From: Eledone cirrhosa
Taxonomy: Eukaryota
Direction: 5' to 3'
NCBI GenBank assembly: GCA_964016885.1
Contig: OZ024743.1
Span: forward strand, 62,434,001-62,498,000
Length of the DNA: 64,000 nt
Shown: one piece after another, positions 27,672 through 40,891 of the stretch
Position numbering within the stretch: the first letter of the stretch is position 1
Layout of the letters: the number at the start of each line of letters is the position of its first letter
The notes under the pieces: model-generated
Databases searched by the model: none
What the model was told of the DNA's origin: nothing
What the model saw: the letters and a program-made list of their open reading frames with translations, nothing else
Translations under genes and position numbers: made by a program

Positions 27672-27727
27672 ATAATTCAAGCCGACGACGTGGTGATGTA
27701 CATTGGACTGACCATTACAGCAAGTAA
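27672..27727 (+). CDS. Probable terminal coding exon of MEGF-like gene (DNSSRRRGDVHWTDHYSK*)
   Basis: tttccttgatatttcag| acceptor; phase 1 continues from the previous exon (G|AT = Asp); short non-repetitive ORF ends TAA TAA; no further EGF exons seen downstream. Confidence 0.6.
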
Positions 27728-28230
27728 TAAAACAATACTTGCAGGCTGTGGCAGAAGTGATAGCATAACCTACATATCTTTGTATGAAATGCTTTACCAA
27801 CAGATCAAATATAAAATATGACAGCAGGCAGTGGATTTTATGAAGGATAAAAATATGATGACACAAACACAGATACACTAACACACCAAGCATAAACATA
27901 GACTCATTGACCTACATACACACACATACACATTATATATATATATATATATATATAAATGGTACAGTCCTGATATGGAGAGAGAGCCCTCTATTAGGAC
28001 TTTACCTTGTATCTAAACCTATCTACGACCCAATATGCATCAAGTACTACCCTGATTTGCAGTCTTCCCAACCATCAAGCCGTGAATACTTTATATATAT
28101 ATATATATGTATATAATGTGTGTGTGTGTGTGTGTGTTTGTGTGTGTGCACGCATATTTATATATATACATATGTATGCATATTAGCGTGAAAAAAAATG
28201 GACATTAAACAATGATGATAATATATATAC

Positions 28231-28261
<31 letters not shown>

Positions 28262-28262
28262 C

Positions 28263-28323
<61 letters not shown>

Positions 28324-28627
28324 AACACATACATATACATAAACATACGTATATATGGATATATATGTATATATAGTGAACAAGGGGACAGGTAAACAAA
28401 AACAAAAACATGACGGAATATGTATGGTACAAATTGAGAATATTAGTTCAATGATCTTGAGAAGTGAGGAACAGTTAAATTAAATATAACATTTTGGGCA
28501 ATGCCATATATATATAAACGCACAGATATATGTATATATGTATATATATATATATATATACTGTATACATATACATATATATATATACACACACCCACAT
28601 ATATGTATATGTGTATATATATATATA

Positions 28628-28661
<34 letters not shown>

Positions 28662-28765
28662 CACATATATGTATATATGTGTGTATTTATATATATATTA
28701 TATATATATACATACATATATGCGTGTGTGTGTGTATATATATATATATATACATACATATATGC

Positions 28766-28798
<33 letters not shown>

Positions 28799-28811
28799 CA
28801 TACATATATGC

Positions 28812-28859
<48 letters not shown>

Positions 28860-30509
28860 GGATGCAATAATATGCAGATAGCATGGAAGACATTGGCTAC
28901 TTATGGAACTAGGAAAGACTTTTACACAGCCTACTGCCATTGACTCTTCAAAAAAAAATAAAGAGATACAAAACTGACTTCCATAAGAAACACTTCCTGT
29001 CACACAATAATATTACTGTGCATGTGTGTGTGTATGTGCATATGTATATACATATATGTAAGTAAATATATATATATATACACACACACACATGCGCACA
29101 CATATTTGTATATGTGGGCATATGTATACAAATATATATATATTATACATACACACACATGAATGCGTGTGCATATGTATATAAATATACATACTACATG
29201 AGTCTGTTTGCATATGTATATACATATATTTATGTAAATATATATTTATTATAAACATACATGCATATAAATGTGTCTGCATAAATATATGTATAAATAT
29301 ATTATATATACACACATATACAAAAATGTGTGTGCATATGTATACATACATACACCAAAATATCTGTGTGTGTCTATATATATATATATTTATATTACAT
29401 AAAGTAATAGTTTTTTTTCACAATAATATTATTATATTTTTTTAATTTTTAAACATGAAAAACTAATTTCTTATATAAAGTAATTCAATTCTGTTTCTAC
29501 AAAAGTATAACAACGACAACAAGAACAATAACCTCAACAACAATGACAAACAAGAACATTTTTAAAAAAACAATTATGAAAACAAATAAATAAAAATTAA
29601 TTTAACACTGAAAAATGTTGTGAGGAAAAAAAAAAGGAAATGTATTATATTATCTGAAAATTATATTATCAAAATATTATATTATCGTAAAATTATTTTA
29701 TTGAAAAAAAAAGAAGAAAACTAACATGTAAGAATTTTATATAAAATTTTGGGAGAAAGGTTTTTGAGAAGTTGGATCGATAAATAGCGCAGAGTAAATG
29801 TTAAGGATAAAAACAGACGTGGCTGGGTGGTTTTAACCCTTTTGGTACCAACACAGCCATAACTATCTCTGGTTCTGTGAAACAAAACCACACATTTTAA
29901 AAGATTCCTATTTAAATTAAAATCTTCTGACGTCTTTTTATATATGAACCATAAGTCAAATTAATATCTTAGAAATTAATAAATCCCTCAAAATTCTTCA
30001 TTATTTGAAATAGAGTGCATCTGGTTCTGTGAAACAAACCACCCATTTTAAAAGGTTCCTAATTAAATTATATTTAAATCTTGCAACATTGTTTTATATA
30101 AAAACCATATGTAATGAAATAATTAATAATTTTAGTAGAACCTTCATAATTTTTCTTTAATTAATTGAAATAGACTTTATGTCCAATGCCTTGTAATTAA
30201 AATTTTGAAGACAGAAAATGTCAAAAGCCCATCATATGCTTGTGTGTATGTTTACATTTATACCGTTTAACCAATGCTGTTTGCTTACATGTCAGAATGG
30301 AGTAGTTTGACAAATAAAGATTGATTAGATAAGTATTAGACTTGAAAGAAGTAAACACAGGAGCTGATATAATCAGCTAAACACTTGAAGGTAGGTACAC
30401 CAGCAAGGCTGAAGCTATGGCTGAAACCAGTAAAAGAAAAACACAACAATAGTAATAATGATAACAGCAGCAACAACTATCCCCATCAAATCACACCCTG
30501 TCATCTTAA

Positions 30510-30692
30510 CCCTTTAGCATTTAAACCAGTCGTGCCAGCCTAAATTTTTTCATCTCTTTCTGTTCAAACCAACTGTAACCAGCTACTCATACTGATGTTA
30601 AGGTATTGTTCTCAAAATAAATAATATCAAAATCTCATAGATTCGATATGAAATTATAATAGTAAATATAGAATAATGTAAATGCTAAAGAG
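30510..30692. mobile_element. piggyBac-like MITE
   Basis: TTAA|CCCTTTAGCATTT ... AAATGCTAAAGAG|TTAA. Confidence 0.6.
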
Positions 30693-32155
30693 TTAAAACA
30701 GTGAGTAGTTCAGCAACAGATAGTCTAAGGGCAATATGTCAGCCATCTAGGTGTCCTCAAATATTTATATGTAAGCTACAAAGACAAGTATTTTAAGGCT
30801 ATTCCCCACCTGCAAAAGTAGGTGTTAGCCATGCAGGCCTCAAGAAGGGTTTCATGCTCATCATAAGGTTCCTTTTGAAGCAATGTTTTATAACACAATG
30901 CCTTTCCTGTCATCAACCTTTTTAGTCTTCCTTACACACAAAGATATGGTATAACTATTCTAATTTAAACTAGATATTCAATCCAGAGCCTTTTCACTTC
31001 TACCGGAGGAACCCCTCCCTGATTGACCTCCACTGTTTTCTGTTCTGGTCATGTCAAGGGGTGTAGCCATACTCATCACGCTTAGCTAATTGCAGGTTGG
31101 TGAGGCTATTTAACCCATAGCTGGGAAACTCATTTCTACAGCTGAGTGAATGGGAGCAACGTAAAATAAAGTGTTTTGCTCAAGAATACAAATCAAAGCC
31201 TGGTCTGAGAATAGAACTCACAACCTCAGGATTGTAAGCCCAACACTAAACCATGTAAGATATAAAATATACATGTGGGCTATGACCAAAACTAAAAAAT
31301 AAATCAAAAGTGGGTCATCACAAACAAAACGTTTTTGATCCTTGCATTAGGTAATGCGGCCCTTTTTTTTTTTTTTTTTTGCTGTTGTAGGGGGGAAGAA
31401 TGATATGCAAGGGGACCTGAAATAGCTATAAACCTTTGGGCTAATCAAGAATAACATCACCACCACTAATAACGACTGGTAGAAATAGCTGGAAAATCCT
31501 TTTAAAATCACACTCAACAGGGTGAGGTTGTTTCTTTTTTTAAAAGGACACATTGGATAATATAGTCCTAGATACACTGTGTTCAAATAAACGATGAGAT
31601 GGTTACAGATGGAATGGCTATGACCATAGCTTTGCTTCATCAGAACATGCCTAGGTCTAAACAACAACAATACCACCACCATCATCTCCCTCAAATCACA
31701 CACTACAGTCTTTAAAATAAGAAAGGACACATTTATTCCCTGATAAAGAAAAGCATGTGACAGTCATAGCTGGAATGCTTTTGACCATATATCTGATTTG
31801 AGGGTTGGTATCAGAGTATTCAGCACCATAGGCTGGCCATACAATAATTACCCATACCCTTTCACACAAAAAAAACTTATGCAGCTTAGAGTTTGGAGAG
31901 GGCTGACCAACCTGATACTCAACACCTCTTCACCTGACCACACCAAGAAAGTTACTGAGCCTATATTTTCTTCATTTTCAAATGTCCACACTCATCACCA
32001 TCAAACCATATGATAGGACATATTACCACAGCCCCTTCTTGTCTCTCCCTGTTGTTCATCCACCTCTGGTCCCAGAAATACTAAACCTGCTTTCTTTATT
32101 ACTAAAGTTCCCCATGTTTAGATGGATTAAGGACCTTTTATACCAAACCACTTAC

Positions 32156-32969
32156 AAAGAAAATAAACCGAATACTCTGATGGCTGGATAATCTTTAAGA
32201 TTTTCCTCGATAAAACAGGAAAAATGCAGGTTTTCACCTAATGCGGGACCTAGGGGATCAAGAAAATGATTGTTTTATGTGCATAATATGCCTTTAAATT
32301 TCGGGAAAATCGGCTAGACATAACGCCTCCAAAAAGCCGTAAGAAGCTGAAAAAATGAAGTTTTTCACCTAATGCGGGCCCTAGGCCATAAGAAAGTTGG
32401 ATTTTCTTTGCTTACGGTATGAAGAAGAGACTGACTAATACATAGTTAGAATTTCAAGGAAATCGGTCTGACGTAACGCCTCAAAAAAACCCTAAAAATG
32501 TTAAACAACGCAGTTTTTCACCTAATGCGGGCCCTAGGAGATAAAAAAAAAGTAATTTTTATGTGCATAACACTCCCTGAAACATAAGTAATACACATGT
32601 AAAGTTTGAAAAAGATCGGTTGGGTACTTCTCGAGTTTTAGGGATTCAAACTCACACACAGAGACATCCTCAAGGAAGTGACGTAATGCAGACAGTCAGA
32701 CATACAGACAGATATTATAAGGGCGCGACGTTATAAGTATGTATCTATCTAAAAAGAGAAAGACTAAGAATTATAGAGCGAGATCGCTAAATCGCCTAAT
32801 GTGGTCCCTGGGGCATAGAAAATTTGAAATTTCTTTTGCTCAGAACACTCCCTGAAACATAAGTATTATATGTGTAAAGTTTGAAAACAGTCTGTTGGGT
32901 GGTTCTCGAGTTTTACGGATTTGAACTCACACACACACAGACAGACATCCTCAGTTTTATATATATAGA
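32156..32969 (-). mobile_element. Non-autonomous Helitron, same family as 57714-58398, lacking its 3' end
   Basis: Reverse complement begins TCTATATATATAAAACTGAGGATGTCTG and aligns by eye with about 57714-58300; internal CCTAATGCGGGCCCTAGG repeats. Confidence 0.75.
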
Positions 32970-33512
32970 CTAGCAGAAAACCACCCGGTGGGCGGTTTTC
33001 TGCTAGCAAATCTAGTGTATATACTGATATTGTTGAGATTTGGATGAGAAATGTTTTCGGCACCACATGTTCACCGTCTCTCGGTGTGTCTTTTATGCAT
33101 GTATAAATATATATGTTATCTATACGGTGAAATCTTTGAAATAAATATATGTTAAAACGAAAAAGAGATTAGTGACGGAAATATAAACGTTATGATACAT
33201 AAACGTTATGATATAACGATGGAAATATATCTTCAAATGGTCGTTGGCATGGTGTCAAGTCAGAACCGCCTCGAACTGGTTACTTCTGGCTTGTGCAAGG
33301 TGTCTCTATAGCAACCAGCGATTCCCTCGGCCTCAGTGACCAAATCAGTGGAGAGGGGAAGGTAATGTTTCTATAGCGACAGTGTTTCTCTTGGTAGTAC
33401 CAAAGTGGAGAAAGGAAAGGGAAGGTAATATTTCTGTAGCACCTACATTTGAGTTTGAGGGAAGGACAGACAGACAGACAGACAGACAAACAGAGAAATG
33501 CCCATATATTTC

Positions 33513-33579
<67 letters not shown>

Positions 33580-33842
33580 CACACACAGAAATGTATATAT
33601 ATTTCTGTGTGTGTATATATATTACACACACAGAAATGTATATATATTTCTGTGTGTATATATATATATATAATTCTGTGTGTGTATATATATATTACAC
33701 ACACAGAAATGTATATATATTTCTTAGAACAAAATTATTATTAATGTTTTGCTGTTCATAACAATTGGAATTGAAAAATTACTTTTGAAATTATTAGTTA
33801 TTTTACTAATGCTTAGATATGTAAAAATGAAGCAATGTTTCT

Positions 33843-34035
33843 AATAATTGTTTCTACTTTTGGCACAAGGCCAGCAAATACCCAGTACATTACTGGTACT
33901 TTATTTTATCGACCCCGTGAGGATGAAAGGCAAAGTTAACCTCGGCGGTATTTGAACTCAGACCGTAAAGGGACGTAACTCCATGCTATGAAGCATGGTG
34001 TCCGACTCTCTACAGATTCTGCCAATCCACCGCCC
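33843..34035 (-). mobile_element. tRNA-derived SINE copy
   Basis: Reverse complement of the 21383-21575 family, including the GGCGGTGGATTGGCAG 5' end. Confidence 0.8.
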
Positions 34036-34607
34036 TAATGTCTGTACGTAATGAGGGAGTGAGAGGGGAGAGAAAGAAAGGCAGAGGTGAAGTGACGAAG
34101 TGACTCTCTCCTCCTCCTCCTCCTCCTCCATCTCCCCATTCGTCACAGCGATAGAGGGGAGGAATGTTAGTGTGTTACAAAGAGAAAGAGTGAGAGTGAG
34201 AGAAACATACAGACTAAAAGAGAGGGATAGCTGGAGAGAGAGAGAGAGAGATAGCAACCACACGCGTACGTGTTTCCACTGTCGGACAGACAGACAGAAA
34301 TTGCTGGTTATATATTATAAGGAGATAATGACTTATTGTTAATTATGAAACAAATACAAAGCTGGTACTGTTACAGAAATAAATAAGATATTTCATTGGT
34401 AAGGGCAGACTTAATTTGCACTTTAGCTGCTTGCTGGTGCTACTGACTCTGTTTTGCTGCTCTTTCTGTAGCCGCTGATGGTGTTGCTGTTTGTTTGTCT
34501 TATGCCTCTATCTAAAAATAAGATTTGAAAAATTTTCGCTAACATAAAATTATATATAAATAAGGTGCTAAAATATCTGGAGTGATCATTTGACAATGAA
34601 ATACTGT

Positions 34608-34942
<335 letters not shown>

Positions 34943-34946
<4 letters not shown>

Positions 34947-35670
34947 GGAAAAAATGAAATTTCATAGTATGTATATACATACATACATGCACACATATAT
35001 ATATGTACATATGGGTTTGCCGAACATTTATTATAATGTTCGGTTTATTTGTAAACAAACAGCCCGAATTAAGCCGTACAGTGTTCGGCAACCATCGTTG
35101 CCTTTTTGTTCAACACTGACAAAGGAACGATGTACTAGTTTCTAGCTTATTAGCTGTCATCAGTACCGTATACCTTCCTGTCAGTCGATTGAACGTTTAA
35201 AGTATATACTTTCCTTGTGCGTATTAAGGGCTGAGCAGCCTAATTTGCATATCGAGTGAGTTAGTCGGCCGGGCGTACCGAAAACGATAAATGGAAAAAA
35301 TGAAATTTCATTTCTCACTCTTAGTACGGCTGATACTTAAATATAAGATGTATACGTACATGCATATATGTATACAGATGTACAGTAGTATGTATATACA
35401 TACATGCACACATATATATATATGGACGTATGGGTTTGCCGAAGATTTATTATAATGTTCGGTTTGTTTGTAAACAAACAGCCCGAATTAAGCCGTACAG
35501 TGTTCGGCAACCATTGTTGTCCTTTGGTATATACTTTCAAACGTTCAATCGACTGACAGGAAGGTATACGGTGCTGATGACATCTAATAAGCTAGAAACT
35601 AGTTCATCGTTCCTTTGTCAGTGTTGAACAAAAGGGCAACGATGGTTGCTGAACACTGTACGGCTTAATT
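34943..35670. mobile_element. Hammerhead-containing repeat family A (candidate retrozyme), fold-back copy
   Basis: Minus-oriented part 34943-35526 (period about 419 bp, hammerhead 35126-35170) joined to an inverted plus-oriented part 35527-35670 (hammerhead 35568-35610); homologous to the 60469-64000 array; flanked by (TA)n. Confidence 0.8.
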
Positions 35671-35758
35671 ATATACATATATATATATATATATACATAC
35701 ATATACATATATACTTAATTATATACATATATATATATACATACATATACATATATAC

Positions 35759-35843
<85 letters not shown>

Positions 35844-35906
35844 CTTAATTATATACATATATATATATATATACATACATATACATATATATACTTAATT
35901 ATATAC

Positions 35907-35988
<82 letters not shown>

Positions 35989-36111
35989 ACATACATATAC
36001 ATATATATATATATGCATACATATACATATATATACATATACATACATATACATATATATACATATATCAAAATGAAAATCCGAAGGCAAGGTTAAATTC
36101 CAATCATTTAA

Positions 36112-36185
36112 TCACGACACATGTTTCAATAAGAGATAGATCGATTGTGAAGCCATGATCGATTATCACTGATCTCATCAGGTGA
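36112..36185 (-). ncRNA. Minimal type I hammerhead ribozyme in an orphan pLTR-like fragment (about 36069-36435)
   Basis: Minus strand: TCAC CTGATGA [stem II] GAAA CATGTG TC GTGA; stem I TCAC/GTGA, palindromic ACATGT, GUC cleavage triplet. Confidence 0.75.
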
Positions 36186-36460
36186 AAATGAATTGTCTTC
36201 AAATTCTTGATATGAAGGAGAAAAAATAACGATGTTCTCTCACATAATTCATCCCCTTATATGGAGACACACCAGTCAGTCAAAGACAAGGTGTCTGCTA
36301 TTAGCTTTAGTTGAGGTCATAAAAGTTTCCAGACTTCTATCGCTGCAAAAGACGCTGGAGATCAAACAAATCTGTAGGGATACAGTCAGTCACAGTAGTT
36401 TACACAACCAATATTGCACCTTACTATATAACAACTATATATACATACATATATATATAT

Positions 36461-37531
36461 ATATTGTTATATTTGGGGAGGGTCATATTTGCGTAATATT
36501 GCCAGAATTAATAACAGAACACACTCACTGTTTGGTTGGTTTTCGCTTCTCGCTGTCTTTTATATATATATATCTGCGATCTAACTTACTCGGTCCTCAA
36601 TGTTGCCATTGACTGACCGGCGGTCAAAAATAATACAGATACAATATAGACAAACACATATATATATAGTTTACATAAATCTTTCGTTGCACATCTGCAA
36701 CATCGTCAGTGGTGTTATATTCATTGTTCCTCCTGTTGTGTTGTATGTCTACGCCATTTTTTTTGTTCAGTCTGTCTATATATTTATTTATTTATTTGCT
36801 TGTTTGTTTATCTTATTTTTTTTTTTTTTTTTTTTTTTTGTCTTCTTTGCGCATGCGTTTGCGTGTGTGTATAGTGTTATGTGTGATGTGTGACTAGTGT
36901 GTATAGTGTTGTGTCTGCTGGGTGACTAGTGTGTGTTTATGTGCTTGTGTATGTATTTATTTATCTTATTTTATTTAATTTAATTTACTTATTTATTTAT
37001 ACTTCTCTTAGGTCAGTGTTGTTTGTTTGGGTGTTGTTGTTGTTCCACTCATTCTTTCTGTTTAGCTTTGGTCTTCTAATTTCTATTTCACTGGCCTCTC
37101 TGATTTGCCTATCTGCTGGGTCATTCCTATGTTTAGATATTATTCTAATTTCTATGTTGTCTATGTTACCGTCATGATGTTGTCTAGCATGTTCGTATAG
37201 TACTGACCCGTTTTTTCGTCCTTTTAGTTCCCCCCAGTGTTGGTCTATCCTTTCACCTATGCTACGAGCTGTCTCACCTATGTATGTTGTTGTCGTGTTT
37301 CTGCAAGTACCCTCTGTACATCTTATGCTATAGACTACGTTTCTAGTTTTACAGTTTATCCGGGGGTTCACCTTACATATGATACATTTCCTATTGGTAC
37401 AGTGGGTTTTCTTAAAAGGGTAGGTTTTGCTGATCAGGGATTTTATGGTGGTTCCTGGCTTTTCTAACACCTTTATTTTTAAGTGGGTCTTTCTCAGGGC
37501 CTTTCTACACTGGTTAGCTAATTTCCCTCCA
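36461..37531 (-). repeat. Inverted duplication of the 3' 1071 bp of the PLE (inverted pLTR)
   Basis: Reverse complement of 39806-40876 (paired coordinates sum to 77337); only one substitution noticed (LEKP vs VEKP codon). Confidence 0.95.
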
Positions 37532-37541
37532 TGGCAGGAAA

Positions 37542-40340
37542 GTGAGAAATAGTGATAATAGTAATAATACTAGCGATAGACAGAACAACAACAACCACAA
37601 TAATAATAATAATAGAAACGTTAACCACAGACACAGCAACAGTGACCACAGTAGTAATAACGGTAACAATACGAACAACAACAACAACAATAACCACAGT
37701 GGTAATAATGGAAATAGTACATGTAGCAACATCAACAAAAACAAGAAACATAATAATAGTAACAACCACAATGGTAGAAATAGCAGTAACAACAACAATA
37801 ACGGTGAAGTAAACAACAATACATCTAGCAATCATAACAATAATAATATTAATGCTAAGGATAGAAACAACAACAACCACCATGATAACAATAATAGCAA
37901 CACACACAACTATGACGATAGAAATAACGACAACCCCTTAGAGAAACTATTTTTCAACCCAGCTGACAAAACATATAAGATGGGTAATATCTATCCTACG
38001 AGGTTACCCTTTAATAAAAGAGTTTGCATACCACAACAAATAGATGACGAGACGGAGGCACAGTTCACCATAGCTAGAAATAAGATTAGACAAGTAGTAG
38101 ACAGGTACACTATGAGACAGAGCAGACCAGAGGCCCAACAACTTGGGATAAAACCTGTAGAAGGCTTGGTTAGCCTCAAGCAGCGCACAAGGGATGGTGA
38201 GGTAGTGTGTCTACCCACAGATAAGTCTGGTAGGATGTCAATAGATAGCATGCCGAACTACATCGAGGCAATGCAACCCCACATCACCAACACGAGCGAA
38301 GTTGCACAACTAACACACGATGGGAGAGAAAAAATCCTCAACGCTCACATGATGATGTGGACTGACATCCTAAAGCCAAGCAGACGCACTGCCAACAACT
38401 TCCAGGCGTCTAACAATGGCATACCACCCTTGTATGGGCTCCGCAAAGACCACAAGACAGTCGACGACCCGACAATAGGACCACCAACAAGACCTGTATG
38501 CGGAGCTAATATAGCTAGCAACTACAGGATCTCCTACTTCCTCTCAATGGTTATACGCCCCATAATCAAGATGTCCCCAGATGTATGTGAAAGTACAGAG
38601 GACCTCCTCAGCAGAATCAGTGAGTGCAACAAAAACAGGAGCCTATCCAACTGCATAATAGGCAGCATGGATGTGGTGTCACTGTACCCATCCATTAACA
38701 TTGATTTTGCTGTGAAAAGATGTGTGGAGATGATCATTGAGAGTGAGGTGGAGTTCTGCGACGTCGACACAGACGAACTGGGCCTCCTACTTAGACTTAC
38801 CTACGACACTGACTACCTAGACAGCCATGACCTTAGATGTTTCTGCCCTAGTAGACCTATAAGAGGTAGACCCCCCACCATAACCTCAATGGCTAAAAAG
38901 ACTCCCATAGGAAGGTGGATTGGGTGGACCAAAGCTATACGGACCCCCCAAAACACTGATCAGGTAAGAAAAATGGTCGCACATGCAATAGGGGCTAGTA
39001 TCAAAACTACCCTAAAGGGCCACATATTTAAGTTCAATGAGAAAATCTACACCCAAAATGAGGGAGCAGCCATCGGCGTCAGCATAGCTGGCGATGTTGC
39101 CAACCTTTTCATGGTATGGTGGGAAAGGAGACTTAAAGATCTCCTTAATGAAAGCTCCATAGACCTCATCATGTACTCTCGTTATGTAGACGATATCAAT
39201 ATAGTTATAAGAACACCCCCACTAGAGAGCACTAACAAGTTTGATTTAGAACGTAGCACGATGGAAAGCATCCAGCAGATAGCTAATTCCATACACCAGA
39301 GTATAACTGTAACTATAGACTTCCCTTCCAAACACCCTAACAATAGACTACCTGTATTAGACACAGAACTCTGGATTAACACTATAGACGAGAGAGCCCA
39401 AATTCTCCACTCACACTATGCTAAACCCATGGCCTCCAAATACCTGATACTCAAAAACTCAGCAATGTCCAGTAGTGCTAAGTTTAATATTCTGATCGCA
39501 GATTTGGTACGAGTGATGAAGAATGTGTCCAGCATGTGCGACCCAACAGAAATGGAAGGACACATCCAACACTTCATCAACCGCATGCAGTTCTCTGGCT
39601 ACAACCAAAGAGACAGAGTCAGAGTATACGAAGGAGCCATGGAAAAGTATAAGACCCTCATAGAACTGGACATGAAAGGAATTTGCCCACTATACAGGAG
39701 CAAATCATGGAATAGCTTAGATAGGGCTAGACATAAGATAGGGAAGGCCACATCATGGTACGACAACCAGAGATATCAGAGTGTCATGTTTGTGGACGCC
39801 ACCCCTGGAGGGAAATTAGCTAACCAGTGTAGAAAGGCCCTGAGAAAGACCCACTTAAAAATAAAGGTGGTAGAAAAGCCAGGAACCACCATAAAATCCC
39901 TGATCAGCAAAACCTACCCTTTTAAGAAAACCCACTGTACCAATAGGAAATGTATCATATGTAAGGTGAACCCCCGGATAAACTGTAAAACTAGAAACGT
40001 AGTCTATAGCATAAGATGTACAGAGGGTACTTGCAGAAACACGACAACAACATACATAGGTGAGACAGCTCGTAGCATAGGTGAAAGGATAGACCAACAC
40101 TGGGGGGAACTAAAAGGACGAAAAAACGGGTCAGTACTATACGAACATGCTAGACAACATCATGACGGTAACATAGACAACATAGAAATTAGAATAATAT
40201 CTAAACATAGGAATGACCCAGCAGATAGGCAAATCAGAGAGGCCAGTGAAATAGAAATTAGAAGACCAAAGCTAAACAGAAAGAATGAGTGGAACAACAA
40301 CAACACCCAAACAAACAACACTGACCTAAGAGAAGTATAA
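37542..40340 (+). CDS. Penelope-like retroelement ORF: reverse transcriptase plus C-terminal GIY-YIG endonuclease (5'-truncated)
   Basis: PTDKSG, LYGLRKDHK, TRPV, SMDVVSLYPSI, GAAIG, SRYVDD, LPVLD; Cys-rich linker CTNRKCIIC...C; VVYSIRC...YIGETARSIGERIDQH; EASEI...LNRKNEW; Asn-rich N-terminal segment. Confidence 0.93.
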   Translation: MRNSDNSNNTSDRQNNNNHNNNNNRNVNHRHSNSDHSSNNGNNTNNNNNNNHSGNNGNSTCSNINKNKKHNNSNNHNGRNSSNNNNNGEVNNNTSSNHNNNNINAKDRNNNNHHDNNNSNTHNYDDRNNDNPLEKLFFNPADKTYKMGNIYPTRLPFNKRVCIPQQIDDETEAQFTIARNKIRQVVDRYTMRQSRPEAQQLGIKPVEGLVSLKQRTRDGEVVCLPTDKSGRMSIDSMPNYIEAMQPHITNTSEVAQLTHDGREKILNAHMMMWTDILKPSRRTANNFQASNNGIPPLYGLRKDHKTVDDPTIGPPTRPVCGANIASNYRISYFLSMVIRPIIKMSPDVCESTEDLLSRISECNKNRSLSNCIIGSMDVVSLYPSINIDFAVKRCVEMIIESEVEFCDVDTDELGLLLRLTYDTDYLDSHDLRCFCPSRPIRGRPPTITSMAKKTPIGRWIGWTKAIRTPQNTDQVRKMVAHAIGASIKTTLKGHIFKFNEKIYTQNEGAAIGVSIAGDVANLFMVWWERRLKDLLNESSIDLIMYSRYVDDINIVIRTPPLESTNKFDLERSTMESIQQIANSIHQSITVTIDFPSKHPNNRLPVLDTELWINTIDERAQILHSHYAKPMASKYLILKNSAMSSSAKFNILIADLVRVMKNVSSMCDPTEMEGHIQHFINRMQFSGYNQRDRVRVYEGAMEKYKTLIELDMKGICPLYRSKSWNSLDRARHKIGKATSWYDNQRYQSVMFVDATPGGKLANQCRKALRKTHLKIKVVEKPGTTIKSLISKTYPFKKTHCTNRKCIICKVNPRINCKTRNVVYSIRCTEGTCRNTTTTYIGETARSIGERIDQHWGELKGRKNGSVLYEHARQHHDGNIDNIEIRIISKHRNDPADRQIREASEIEIRRPKLNRKNEWNNNNTQTNNTDLREV

Positions 40341-40891
40341 ATAAATAAGTAAATTAAATTAAATAAAATAAGATAAATAAATACATACACAAGCACATAA
40401 ACACACACTAGTCACCCAGCAGACACAACACTATACACACTAGTCACACATCACACATAACACTATACACACACGCAAACGCATGCGCAAAGAAGACAAA
40501 AAAAAAAAAAAAAAAAAAAAATAAGATAAACAAACAAGCAAATAAATAAATAAATATATAGACAGACTGAACAAAAAAAATGGCGTAGACATACAACACA
40601 ACAGGAGGAACAATGAATATAACACCACTGACGATGTTGCAGATGTGCAACGAAAGATTTATGTAAACTATATATATATGTGTTTGTCTATATTGTATCT
40701 GTATTATTTTTGACCGCCGGTCAGTCAATGGCAACATTGAGGACCGAGTAAGTTAGATCGCAGATATATATATATAAAAGACAGCGAGAAGCGAAAACCA
40801 ACCAAACAGTGAGTGTGTTCTGTTATTAATTCTGGCAATATTACGCAAATATGACCCTCCCCAAATATAACAATATCTGTTTCGACACACG

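Noticed and set aside
22465-31125. Inverted pair of about 150-bp similar segments (about 22465-22640 and 30985-31125) as ends of one large transposon
   Set aside because: They are too diverged, lack TSD/TIR hallmarks and bracket host exons; they are more simply two old copies of a dispersed repeat.
36997-37470. Standalone GIY-YIG nuclease gene on the minus strand
   Set aside because: It is simply the inverted duplicate of the PLE ORF 3' end (39867-40340).
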